A DNA stretch of 38,885 nt from Sandaracinaceae bacterium (GCA_044220955.1 JBGAQA010000062.1:1-38885), one strand, 5' to 3'; numbered from the stretch's first letter, positions 7,776-16,898 are shown. Numbers and translations: made by a program. The notes: generated by a model from the letters alone, not told the origin.

Positions 7776-8693
7776 CTAGCGGACGACGCAGACGTTGACG
7801 GGGGAGGTGAACGCGCCGACCGACCTCGTGCAGTCGAACTGCGTGGTGTTCGCGCAGTCGCCGCGGACGCTGCACCGCTCCCAGCAGGCGCTCGTGCCCC
7901 CGAAGTTGAGGCACGCGCCGCGGCCGCCGCGCGCATCGAGCGGGCAGTCGTTGTCGGTGACGCAGCCGGTGAGCGAGCAGAGCCGCGTGCTGGCGCTGCC
8001 GACGGTGAAGGTGTCGCACTGAAGGCCTCCCGAGCACTCCGCGCTCGAGGTGCAGATGCGGTACGGAGCGACCGATGGTGGCGGGCCGGCGTCCGGGAGG
8101 CACACGTTGGTCGCGATCATCCCCGAGCCGGTCGCGTAGCAGGCGAAGCCCGGGTAGCAGTCGCTCGAGTCGTTGCAGCGGTGGTAGCAGTCGAACGTCG
8201 AGCCCGAGTCGAAGGACACGCAGAGGCCGCGCGAGCCGAACATGTCGGTGTCGCAGTCGTTCTCGGTCGTGCAGTGCCGGTACGAGCAGAACGCCCGGGT
8301 GACGCCGCGGTTGCTGACGGAGAAGCACGTGTCGCGCGGCAGCGTGCAGGTGACGCCGCCGCCGCAGCTCTCGTAGGGATCGGCCCCCGAGCACGCGCCG
8401 CAGTCGTTCGGGCACGTCGCGCACGTCTCGCCCGCCGCCGAGTTGCACGTGCCGTCGTTGCAGCCCGTGCAGACGCCGCAGTCGCCCGCGCACGTCGCGC
8501 AGTTCTCGCCCGCCTCGCAGATCCGGTCGCCGCACACCGTCCCGCTGCAGTCGCGCGGGCACGAGAGGCTCGTCTCGTCGCGGTCGCAGTATCCGTCGCC
8601 GCAGTAGGTGGCGATGACGGCCTTGCAGCCGGTCATCGCGAAAGCAGCCATTGCCAACAGGAGGATCGTCCTCGGACCGATGTGGTGCCCCAT
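7776..8693 (-). CDS. Cys-rich lipoprotein with myxobacterial disulfide-type repeats (305 aa)
   Basis: Signal peptide with lipobox AMTG-C; repeats CGDGYCDRDETSLSCPRDC, CGDRICEAGENCATCAGDC, CNDGTCNSAAGETCATCPNDC. Confidence 0.85.
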   Translation of the reverse strand: MGHHIGPRTILLLAMAAFAMTGCKAVIATYCGDGYCDRDETSLSCPRDCSGTVCGDRICEAGENCATCAGDCGVCTGCNDGTCNSAAGETCATCPNDCGACSGADPYESCGGGVTCTLPRDTCFSVSNRGVTRAFCSYRHCTTENDCDTDMFGSRGLCVSFDSGSTFDCYHRCNDSSDCYPGFACYATGSGMIATNVCLPDAGPPPSVAPYRICTSSAECSGGLQCDTFTVGSASTRLCSLTGCVTDNDCPLDARGGRGACLNFGGTSACWERCSVRGDCANTTQFDCTRSVGAFTSPVNVCVVR

Positions 8694-8703
8694 GCGGGGG
8701 AGT

Positions 8704-11700
8704 TTATTCCGCGACGGGCACCGGCGCGACCGCGAAGACGAAGCGCTGCCCGTCCACGTCGGTCTCGGTCCTCGTCCCCGCCCCGATCCCGGGGGCGAGC
8801 GCGGTCGCGAGCACCTCACCCGACACGTAGTCACCGTGCTCCTCCAGCGCCTCGGCGAGCTCCGCGTCGGCCTCGTACCCGATCGCGATCCGCGCCTCGT
8901 GCGCCAGGTCGAGCTGCTTGCGCGCCGCCTGGATCTTCGACACGGCCTCCCGGGCGAGCCCCTTCTTCTTCAGCGCCGGCGTGATGGTCGTGTCGAGCAC
9001 CACGAGCGTCCCGCGGTCCGAGGCGGCCGCGAAGCCCTCCTTGGCCGCGAGGCGGATCTCGATCTCGTCGGGCCCGAGCTCGATCGCCCTGTCCGGCAGG
9101 TGGATCGTGACCTTCCCGGCCGTCCCGAGCTCGTCGTACAGGCCACCCCCGTCGGCCTTGCCGAGCGCCGCCTTCACGGCGGGCACGTCCTTTCCGATCT
9201 TCGGCCCGAGAGCGCGGAAGTTCGGGACGACCTGGAACTGCACGTACTTCTGCGGCTCGTGCGTGAACGCAACGGACTCGACGTTCAGCTCGTCCTCCAC
9301 GATCGCGCGGTGCTCGCGCAGCACGTCCTCGGAGTGCGTGTCGGTCGTGACGACGATCACGCTCCCGAGGGGCTGGCGCACCTTGAGCTTGTTCGCCGCG
9401 CGCACGCGCCCGCCGAGCGTCACGACGTCGCGCACCAGGGCCATGTCGCGCCGCACGTCGTCGTCCTGCCGCGCGTCGTCCGCCGCCGGGTAGCTCGCGA
9501 GGTGCACGCTGGCCGCGCCCTGGCCCCGCGTGAGGTTCCGGTACACCACGTCCGCCAGGAAGGGCGTGAACGGCGCGAGCAGCCGGGCGAGATCCACGAG
9601 CACCTCGTGGAGCGTGGCGAACGCGGCGAGCTTGTCGGCGCTCTCCTTCTCGCTCCCCCAGAAGCGCGCGCGACTCCTTCGCACGTACCAGTTGGAGAGC
9701 GCGTCCACGAACGCCTCGAGCTTGCGCGCCGCGGGGTGCGTCTCGTAGTGCTCGAGCGACTGCCCGACGAAGCGCACGGTCTCGTCGAGCTCGGCGAGGA
9801 TCCACCGGTCGAGCTCCGCGCGCTCGGCGATCGGCGGGCGCCGCGACGCGGTCGTCCAGCCGTCGATGTTCGCGTACGTGACGAAGAACGAGTAGCAGTT
9901 CCAGACCTTGAGCAAGAGATCCTTGATCGCGTCCGACGCGCCGCCCTCGAACCACTTGCTCGACTGCCCGGGCACCGCCGACGCGAAGAGCGCCCAGCGG
10001 ACGGCGTCTCCGCCGTACTCGTCGAACATGTTCATCGGGTCCTTGTAGTTCTTGAGCTTCTTGCTGAGCTTCAGCCCCTTCTCGTCGGTGATGAGCCCGA
10101 GCACCGTGCAGTGCTTGAACGGGTGCGGCATCGGCCGGTCCTCGAAGAGGAGCGTGCTGATCGTGAGCAGCGAGTAGAACCAGCCGCGGGTCTGGTCGAT
10201 CGCCTCGGTGATGAAGTCGGCGGGGAACTCCTTCTCGAAGTCCGAGCCCTGCACGTGCGGCCAGCCGTGCTGCGCGAAGGGCATGCAGCCCGAGTCGAAC
10301 CAGCAGTCGATGACCTCCGAGACGCGCCGGTAGACGCCCTTCTCGCCCGGGAGCGTGAACGTGACGTCGTCCACCCAGGGCTTGTGCACCATGAGGTGCT
10401 CGCTGAGAGTCGGGTTCTTCTTCTTGGCGTCCTCGAAGTGATCGAACGCGCGCGGGTTGATCGCGAGGATCTCCTTCGCGCTGCCCATCGCCTTCATCGC
10501 GCCCGTCTCGTCGTTGATCCAGATCGGCAGCGGCGTGCCCCAGAAGCGCTCCCGCGAGAGCGCCCAGTCCACGTTGCTGCGCAGGAACTCGCCGAAGCGG
10601 CCCTCCTGGATGTGCTCGGGCTCCCACGCGACGTGCTGGTTGTTGTCGATGACGCGGTGGATCTCCTGCGTCGTCTTGATGAACCAGCTCCTGCGCGCGT
10701 ACTGGATCAGCGGGTCCGTGTCCTTGCGCCAGCAGAACGGATAGGGGTGGCGCACCACCTCTTCCTTGAAGAGCAGCCCGCGCTGCTTGAGGTTGCGGAT
10801 GATGTCGCGGTCGGCCTCCTTGCAGAAGCGGCCCTTCCACTCCGTCACCTCGTCGGTGAAGGTCCCGTCCGGCTTCACGAGCTGGAGGAACCCCATCCCG
10901 TTCTCGCGGCAGACGCGGAAGTCGTCCTCGCCGAACGCCGGCGCCGTGTGGACGATGCCGGCGCCGGTGTCGAGCGTCACGAAGTCGGCCGTGATCACCT
11001 CCCAGCCGCGCCCGCCCTCCGGGGTCTTGTAGGAGAAGGGCGGCGTGTACTTCGTCCCCGCGAGATCGCGACCCGTCCGCGTGCCGATCACGCGCGCCGA
11101 GCCCTCGTTGATCTCGCGCTGGAAGAGCTTGTTCACGAGCGCATCGGCGATGACGAGCTTCTCGTCGCCGAGGTCGACCGTCGCGTAGGCCTCCTCGGCC
11201 TTCACGGCGAGCGCGACGTTGGACGGGAGCGTCCACGGGGTCGTCGTCCACGCGAGGAACGAGGTGCCCGGCTCGCTGGGGATGCCGAAGCGCACGAACA
11301 CGCTCGGGTCGTCGACCTCCTTGTATCCCTGGCCGACCTCGCCGGCGCTGAGCGCCGTGCCGCCCTGCGCCCACCACCAGACGACCTTGTACCCCTGGTA
11401 GAGCAGCCCCCTGTCGAAGAGCGTCTTGAGCGCCCACCAGACGCTCTCGACGTACTGCTTGTGGAACGTCACGTAGGCCGCGTCCATGTCGAGCCAGAAC
11501 GCGACGCGCTCGCTCATGCGCCGCCACTCGTCGACGTACTTGAAGACGCTCTCGATGCACTGGTGCGTGAACGCCTCGACGCCGTACGCGACGATGGCCT
11601 CGCGCCCCGAGATGCCGAGCGCCTTCTCGACCTCGACCTCGACCGGCAGCCCGTGGGTGTCCCAGCCGCCGCGCCGCGGGACGAAGTGCCCCGTCATCGA

Positions 11701-11916
11701 GCGGTGCCGCAGGATGACGTCCTTCATCACGCGCGTGAGCACGCTCCCCGGGTGCGGCTTGCCGTTGGCCGTGGGCGGGCCCTCGTAGAAGACGAAGCGC
11801 GGGCGCTCCTTCGCCTCCTCGACCGAGCGCTCGAAGATGCGCTCCTTCTTCCACTCCTCGAGGAGCTTCGTCTCGAGAGCCGGGAACGAGACCTTCGCAG
11901 AGACGGGATCGAACAT
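8704..11916 (-). CDS. ileS: Isoleucine--tRNA ligase, type 2 (eukaryote-like, long C-terminus)
   Basis: FYEGPPTANG, GWDTHGLPVE, AWTTTPWTLPSN, GIVHTAPAFGEDD, DWALSRERFWGTP, EAIDQTRGWF, KLSKK, LSNWYVRRSRARFW; no C-terminal Zn finger. Start at 11916 (MFDPV) or 11928. Confidence 0.97.
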   Translation of the reverse strand: MFDPVSAKVSFPALETKLLEEWKKERIFERSVEEAKERPRFVFYEGPPTANGKPHPGSVLTRVMKDVILRHRSMTGHFVPRRGGWDTHGLPVEVEVEKALGISGREAIVAYGVEAFTHQCIESVFKYVDEWRRMSERVAFWLDMDAAYVTFHKQYVESVWWALKTLFDRGLLYQGYKVVWWWAQGGTALSAGEVGQGYKEVDDPSVFVRFGIPSEPGTSFLAWTTTPWTLPSNVALAVKAEEAYATVDLGDEKLVIADALVNKLFQREINEGSARVIGTRTGRDLAGTKYTPPFSYKTPEGGRGWEVITADFVTLDTGAGIVHTAPAFGEDDFRVCRENGMGFLQLVKPDGTFTDEVTEWKGRFCKEADRDIIRNLKQRGLLFKEEVVRHPYPFCWRKDTDPLIQYARRSWFIKTTQEIHRVIDNNQHVAWEPEHIQEGRFGEFLRSNVDWALSRERFWGTPLPIWINDETGAMKAMGSAKEILAINPRAFDHFEDAKKKNPTLSEHLMVHKPWVDDVTFTLPGEKGVYRRVSEVIDCWFDSGCMPFAQHGWPHVQGSDFEKEFPADFITEAIDQTRGWFYSLLTISTLLFEDRPMPHPFKHCTVLGLITDEKGLKLSKKLKNYKDPMNMFDEYGGDAVRWALFASAVPGQSSKWFEGGASDAIKDLLLKVWNCYSFFVTYANIDGWTTASRRPPIAERAELDRWILAELDETVRFVGQSLEHYETHPAARKLEAFVDALSNWYVRRSRARFWGSEKESADKLAAFATLHEVLVDLARLLAPFTPFLADVVYRNLTRGQGAASVHLASYPAADDARQDDDVRRDMALVRDVVTLGGRVRAANKLKVRQPLGSVIVVTTDTHSEDVLREHRAIVEDELNVESVAFTHEPQKYVQFQVVPNFRALGPKIGKDVPAVKAALGKADGGGLYDELGTAGKVTIHLPDRAIELGPDEIEIRLAAKEGFAAASDRGTLVVLDTTITPALKKKGLAREAVSKIQAARKQLDLAHEARIAIGYEADAELAEALEEHGDYVSGEVLATALAPGIGAGTRTETDVDGQRFVFAVAPVPVAE

Positions 11917-12019
11917 CGGGCGGTGCATACCACGGCTCCGGCGCGTCGGAGCCTCGGCCGCGGCATCGCCCGCGCGTCACGCGTTCCCGCGCGACGGCCG
12001 GGGGAGTACCGTATCCCGC

Positions 12020-13780
12020 ATGCGTGCAGCACCAGTGCTCCGGGTCGCGACGGTCGTCGCTTGCGTCTGGCTCGCCGCCCTCGGCGCGGGCTGCTCCTGC
12101 GGCGGCGGGATCGAGCCGCGCACCGGTGACGGAGGGCGCCGCGACGGGAACGGCTTCGACCTCGGCCAGCCCGACGACGCGTACATCGCGCCAGCCGATC
12201 TGCTGGTGATCGTCCCGGGCACGCCGGGCGACGCGGCGTCGCGCTTCGACGACCCGTCCGACGCCGATCCCACGCACGCACCCGACCTGCTCTACCCGCT
12301 CGATCAGGTGCAGTTCCCGCGCAACGTGTGGTCGCCCGACGTGCAGTGGGACGACCCGGGCGTCGCAGGCGATCTCTATCGCGTGCGCTTCTCGGGCGGC
12401 ACGGTGACGCTCACCGCGTACCTCGTGCACACGGGGAGCGCCTTCCGGTGGGACTTCACCGCCGACTCCACGTATTGGCGGATGCTCACCGCCGGCGCGT
12501 CCGGTCGCTCGATGCAGCTCTCGGTCGACCGCTGGATCGCCGCGACGCACCAGGTCGCGCACGGCACGCCCATCACGCTGCGCATCGCCTCGGACGGGAT
12601 CGCGGGCGCCGTCTACTACTGGCGCCTCGGCGACTTCGCCGCGACCGAGGGCCGCGTGATCCGGGTGCGCCAGGGCGGACTGACGGCGCCCGTGATCGAG
12701 GAGTTCCTGCCCTCGCCTCCCGCGGGCAGCGACGGCAACCGCTGCGCCGCGTGCCACATCCTGAGCCGCGACGGAAACCACCTCGCCGCGTCGCTCAACG
12801 ACGGCGAGTTCGGCGGCGTCTTCGATCTCACGACGGACCTCACGGCGGCCGACCCGCCGATGCTCTTCCGCTTCTCGCAGGCCTGGTACTTCGCCGCGTT
12901 CAACACCGACGGCTCGCGCGTGCTGATGACCGACCCCGCGCAGCACTCGCACATCCTCGACGGCGCGACCGGCACGGAGATCACGACGCTCCGCGACGGC
13001 ACGCACCCGGCGTGGTCGCCCGACGGCGCGCAGATCGCGCTCATCCTGCACGCCGACGACGCGTGGAACCCCTCGCACGGCGACCTCGCGACGATCCGCG
13101 TGAACGCGGGCGACACGTTCGGCGCGGCAGGGATGCTGCACGCGGGCGCGGACCTCGCCTCGGCGCCCGAGGGCGGATCGCTCGACGCGTATCCCTCGTA
13201 CTCCCCCGACTCGACGCTCGTCGCCTTCCAGCACGGGACCGGGACGGTCGTCAGCGCCGGCGGCGCGCACGGCGCGCTCTACCTGATCCCGCGCGACGGC
13301 GGCGCGGCGGTGCGCCTCGACAACGCGAGCGCGGGCGACGCGTACTACCCGAGCTTCACGCCCTTCATCACGAGCGTGGACGAGATCCAGCAGACGTACT
13401 GGGTCCTGCACTACTCGCCGCGCGACTACGGCAACGAGCACGCAGGCACCCGCGGCACCCACCGGAGACAGATCTGGGTGAGCGCGGTCGCGAGCGACGC
13501 GCCGGGCGTCGATCCCTCGTCGATGCCGTACTGGTTGCCCGGCCAGGACGTGCGCGAAGAGAACGCGAGCGCGTACTGGGCGCCCTTGCCGTGCCGCTCG
13601 ACGGGCAGCCAGTGCGACTTCGGCGCGCAGTGCTGCAGCACGGTCTGCGGGCCCGACGCGCACTGCGGCGCGCCGCCCGAGTGCCGCCGCGAGGGCGACA
13701 CGTGCAGCCGCACGAGCGAGTGCTGCACGCCCGGCCTCGCGTGCATCGGCGGCGCGTGCGTGCCGAGCGGGCCGGTTTGA
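12020..13780 (+). CDS. Lipoprotein with TolB/PD40-like beta-propeller, one CxxCH motif and a Cys-rich C-terminus
   Basis: Lipobox LGAG-C; HPAWSPDGAQIA and YPSYSPDSTLVAF PD40-like repeats; CAACH; tandem Cys-rich C-terminal units. Confidence 0.8.
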   Translation: MRAAPVLRVATVVACVWLAALGAGCSCGGGIEPRTGDGGRRDGNGFDLGQPDDAYIAPADLLVIVPGTPGDAASRFDDPSDADPTHAPDLLYPLDQVQFPRNVWSPDVQWDDPGVAGDLYRVRFSGGTVTLTAYLVHTGSAFRWDFTADSTYWRMLTAGASGRSMQLSVDRWIAATHQVAHGTPITLRIASDGIAGAVYYWRLGDFAATEGRVIRVRQGGLTAPVIEEFLPSPPAGSDGNRCAACHILSRDGNHLAASLNDGEFGGVFDLTTDLTAADPPMLFRFSQAWYFAAFNTDGSRVLMTDPAQHSHILDGATGTEITTLRDGTHPAWSPDGAQIALILHADDAWNPSHGDLATIRVNAGDTFGAAGMLHAGADLASAPEGGSLDAYPSYSPDSTLVAFQHGTGTVVSAGGAHGALYLIPRDGGAAVRLDNASAGDAYYPSFTPFITSVDEIQQTYWVLHYSPRDYGNEHAGTRGTHRRQIWVSAVASDAPGVDPSSMPYWLPGQDVREENASAYWAPLPCRSTGSQCDFGAQCCSTVCGPDAHCGAPPECRREGDTCSRTSECCTPGLACIGGACVPSGPV

Positions 13781-13829
13781 CGGCGGCGACGTCGCCGCGA
13801 GACATTGGTTGCAACGGGAGGGCGCGCAC

Positions 13830-13967
13830 ATGGGGCACCATCACCACCACCACCACTTCCGCAGCGGCGGCGGCGGCCGCGGCCCGGTCAGCCCGGCCGC
13901 GCGCCTGATCGGCCTGATGATCTTCGTCGTGTTCCTCGCCTGGCGCTTCCTCGCCCACCGGCACTAG
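13830..13967 (+). CDS. 45-aa His7 / Gly-linker / single-TM peptide (MGHHHHHHHFRSGGGGRGPVSPAARLIGLMIFVVFLAWRFLAHRH); absent from the ORF track
   Basis: GGAGG SD at 13817-13821, 8 nt before the ATG; strong GC3 bias; stop TAG 13965-13967. Confidence 0.75.
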   Translation: MGHHHHHHHFRSGGGGRGPVSPAARLIGLMIFVVFLAWRFLAHRH

Positions 13968-13970
13968 CTC

Positions 13971-14133
13971 GGGGTCACTCCAGGCCCACGCAAACACCCG
14001 AAATCGCGCCGCTCTGGCGGCCAGGTGCGCGATTCGTCGTTGAGCGCTGTTCTTGCGGGCCGCACGACGAATCGCGCAAGTACCCGCCAGAGTCCTGTGA
14101 ATCCGGTGCGTTAGATGGGCCTGGAGTGACCCC
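13971..14133. repeat. Palindromic intergenic element, copy 2 (163 bp; MITE/REP-like)
   Basis: Ends GGGGTCACTCCAGGCCCA...TGGGCCTGGAGTGACCCC; inner stems CTCTGGCGG/CCGCCAGAG and TGCGCGATTCGTCGT/ACGACGAATCGCGCA. Confidence 0.85.
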
Positions 14134-14136
14134 CGA

Positions 14137-16782
14137 TCAGACCCCCGGGTCGGTGCGCTCCTGCGGCAGCTCCGGCAGGCCCGGGGATCCGATGCGCTCG
14201 AGGATCTCGTCCGCCCTGCCGCGCAGGCGCTGCACCTCGTGCGCGCGGATCGGGTCGGTCTTCGTCTCCGGGTCGAGCTCGAGGAAGGCCGCCATCGCGA
14301 GGCAGCTGCGCGCGAGCTCGGGGTCGTTGCCGAGCTCCTCGAAGAGCCGGATCGACTGCTCGAGCTGCTCCTTCGCGAGCGCGTGGTCGCCGCCGCCCCA
14401 GCCGCCCGCCGCCGCGATCTCGCCCGCCGTCCGCAGAGCGACGCCGAGGAAGGGCTTGCCCTTGGCCTGCTCGAAGTGCGCGATCGAGCGCTTGATGAGA
14501 TCGCGGGCCGCGCCGATGTCGCCGATCATCATGTGCGCCTTGGCCAGGCCCCGCAGGATCTCGCCCTCGAGGATCCGGTCGCCGAGCGAGGCGCTGAGCT
14601 CCTCGGCCTGACGCAGAACCGTGATCGCGCGCTCGGGCTCCTGCATGCGGTACGCAGCCTCGCCGAGGTTCGTGAGGATCACGGCCTGCCGCATGCGGTC
14701 GCCGACGATCTGGTTCACCTCGAGCGCGTCGTTCCAGAGCTCGGTCGCGCGCCGGTGGTCGCCGCGATCCTGGTGGAGCGAGCCGAGGTTGTTGAGCGTC
14801 TGCGCGATGCCGGGGTGGTCGTGGATGTCGCGCCGGATCTGGAGCGCCTCGTCCCACGCAGCGAGGGACTCGTCGAAGCGGCCGCTGTCCTGGTAGACGA
14901 GCCCGAGGTTGTTGAGCGAGAGCGCGATCGAGCGCCGGTCGCCGATCTCGCGCCGCAGGTCGAGCGAGCGCTTCATGAAGCGCTCGGCCGGCTCGTAGGC
15001 GCCGCGCATCCAGTGGACCTTGCCGACGTCGTCGAGCGAGCTCGCGACGCCGCGCTGGTCGCCCGCCGCGTCGAAGAGCGCGTGGCCCGTCCCGAGGTGC
15101 CGCATCGCCTCGTCGAGCTGGCCGACCGCGCGGTACACGCGGCCGATGCGGTTGTGCGCGACGCCACCCTTGGCCTTGAGGTCGAGCCGGAAGGCGAGCT
15201 CCTGCACCTTGCGGAAGACGGCGATGGCCTGCTCGTTCTTGCCCGCGAGCTGGAGCACGTCGCCCTGGTTGTGCAGCGCCTCGATGCGGCGGACGACGTC
15301 CTCTTCGCCGAGGAGCGGCAGGCCCGTCTCGTAGTAGCCCTCGGCCTTGGCGTTCGCGTAGCGCTCGCGCGCGCGGTCGCCCGCCAGCACGTAGAACTCA
15401 CCCGCCTTACGGGGCGCGCCGCCCTTGGCGTAGTGGTGCGCGAGCGTCTCGCAGACCTCCTCGGTCGCGCCGGCCGACGCGCCGTAGCGCATCTCCAGCC
15501 ACTCGGCGAACACGAGGTGGAACTTCGCCACCTGCGAGGCGCTCATCAGCTTGTAGAGCGTCTCGCGCTCGAGGTTGTGCTTGAACGCCCACTCGGTCTC
15601 GCCGGGCATCGACGAGTCGGGCATCCCGAGCACGTAGTCGCGGTCGGCGAGCTGGGCGAGGAGGTCGCGGTACTGCGCGCCGAGATCCTCCGCGCCGCCC
15701 CAGAGCGCGGGCGCCTTCTTGTCGATGCGGCCGAGCGCGACCAGCGCGCCCAGCCAGAACACGCCGCCCATGATCGCGGCCATCTCGAGCAGCTGGCGCT
15801 CGGCCGGCGCGAGCGAGGCGATGCGCGCCGCGATGGCGTCGTCGACCGAGAGCGGCAGCTGCGCGTCGTCGAGCTTGTCGAGATCGACCGCCCAGAGGCC
15901 GCTCGCCTTCGGCACCACGGTGCCGCTCTCGACGTAGGTGCGCAGCATCTGCTCGAGCAGATAGGGATTGCCGCCGGCCATGTCGACCGCGGCATCGACG
16001 AGCTCGGCGGGCGGATCTCCGGTCGGCGCGAGCAGGTGCATCATCAGTCGCTCGGCGTCGCTGGTGCCGAGCGGCGCGAGCTCGATCCGCTTGTGCCTCC
16101 CCCCGCCGCCGTCGAGCCAGTCCGAGCGGCGCGTGAGCAGCTCGGGGCGACCGGTGGTGATGATGACGATCGGCGCGTCGCGCGCGCCGTCGATGAGCGA
16201 CTTCACCAGGCCGAGCGCGTCGTCGCTCGCCCAGTGCAGATCCTCGAAGGCGAGCACGAGCGGCGCGTGGTGCGCGTCGACCTCGAAGAAGCGCCGCAGC
16301 ACCGCGCGGCTGATGCGCGCGAACTGTTCCGGGTCGTCCTCGAAGGCCTTGATGAAGGGCGACTCCGGGAACGAGAGGTCGAGGAACGCCCCGAGGAAGT
16401 GGAGGAACTCCGTGACGCGGCGATCGCCGAGCGCCTCGGTCACCTGCGAGCGGAGGCGGTCGCGCAGCGCCTCGGCGTCCATGTTCTCGGTCATGCCGAA
16501 GCGGCCTCGCAGGACGCGCGCGACGACCTCGAAGGCCGCCCCGCCCTCGCGCGCGGCGCCTCGGAAGGTGCGGACTCTGCGCTCGCGGCCGGCGATGCGC
16601 GCGAAGACCTCGTCGACCAGGCGCGTCTTGCCCACGCCAGCGCCGCCCACGATCGTCACGATCCGCGGCTCGTTCGCGGACAGCGCGCGCGCGAGCGCGT
16701 CGTCGAGGTCGGACAGCTCGGCGTTGCGACCGACGAGCGGAGCACGGATCGACAGAGCCTGCGCGGCCGGCGAGGTGGTCAT
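14137..16782 (-). CDS. STAND/AAA_16 ATPase with C-terminal TPR array
   Basis: LVGR, Walker A GGAGVGKT, Walker B LVLAFEDLHWA, GGNP, TPR_12-like repeats (SLNNLGLVY, TLNNLGSLH). Start placed at MTTSP. Confidence 0.9.
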   Translation of the reverse strand: MTTSPAAQALSIRAPLVGRNAELSDLDDALARALSANEPRIVTIVGGAGVGKTRLVDEVFARIAGRERRVRTFRGAAREGGAAFEVVARVLRGRFGMTENMDAEALRDRLRSQVTEALGDRRVTEFLHFLGAFLDLSFPESPFIKAFEDDPEQFARISRAVLRRFFEVDAHHAPLVLAFEDLHWASDDALGLVKSLIDGARDAPIVIITTGRPELLTRRSDWLDGGGGRHKRIELAPLGTSDAERLMMHLLAPTGDPPAELVDAAVDMAGGNPYLLEQMLRTYVESGTVVPKASGLWAVDLDKLDDAQLPLSVDDAIAARIASLAPAERQLLEMAAIMGGVFWLGALVALGRIDKKAPALWGGAEDLGAQYRDLLAQLADRDYVLGMPDSSMPGETEWAFKHNLERETLYKLMSASQVAKFHLVFAEWLEMRYGASAGATEEVCETLAHHYAKGGAPRKAGEFYVLAGDRARERYANAKAEGYYETGLPLLGEEDVVRRIEALHNQGDVLQLAGKNEQAIAVFRKVQELAFRLDLKAKGGVAHNRIGRVYRAVGQLDEAMRHLGTGHALFDAAGDQRGVASSLDDVGKVHWMRGAYEPAERFMKRSLDLRREIGDRRSIALSLNNLGLVYQDSGRFDESLAAWDEALQIRRDIHDHPGIAQTLNNLGSLHQDRGDHRRATELWNDALEVNQIVGDRMRQAVILTNLGEAAYRMQEPERAITVLRQAEELSASLGDRILEGEILRGLAKAHMMIGDIGAARDLIKRSIAHFEQAKGKPFLGVALRTAGEIAAAGGWGGGDHALAKEQLEQSIRLFEELGNDPELARSCLAMAAFLELDPETKTDPIRAHEVQRLRGRADEILERIGSPGLPELPQERTDPGV

Positions 16783-16866
16783 GCGGGCCGCGAGGATATC
16801 CCTGCCGGGGGCGCTTGGGATCGGGGTTCCGTCACCGCGCTGCGGGTCCGGGACGCCCACGTGCGA

Positions 16867-16898
16867 CGAGCCCCGGGCGCCGCGACGCGCGGGGCTCG
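16867..16898 (-). terminator. GC hairpin downstream of the small lipoprotein gene
   Basis: CGAGCCCCG...CGGGGCTCG 9-bp stem; no U tract. Confidence 0.3.

Noticed and set aside
13830..13967. His7 ORF as a his-operon attenuator leader or a cloning tag
   Set aside because: No his genes follow (the next gene is convergent), the peptide has a TM helix, and there is no vector sequence nearby.
7631..14133. Palindromic elements as CRISPR repeats, integron attC sites or Tn3 ends
   Set aside because: No repeat-spacer array, no RYYYAAC/GTTRRRY cores, no 38-bp Tn3-type IR or 5-bp duplication, and no cas, integrase or transposase gene in the window.
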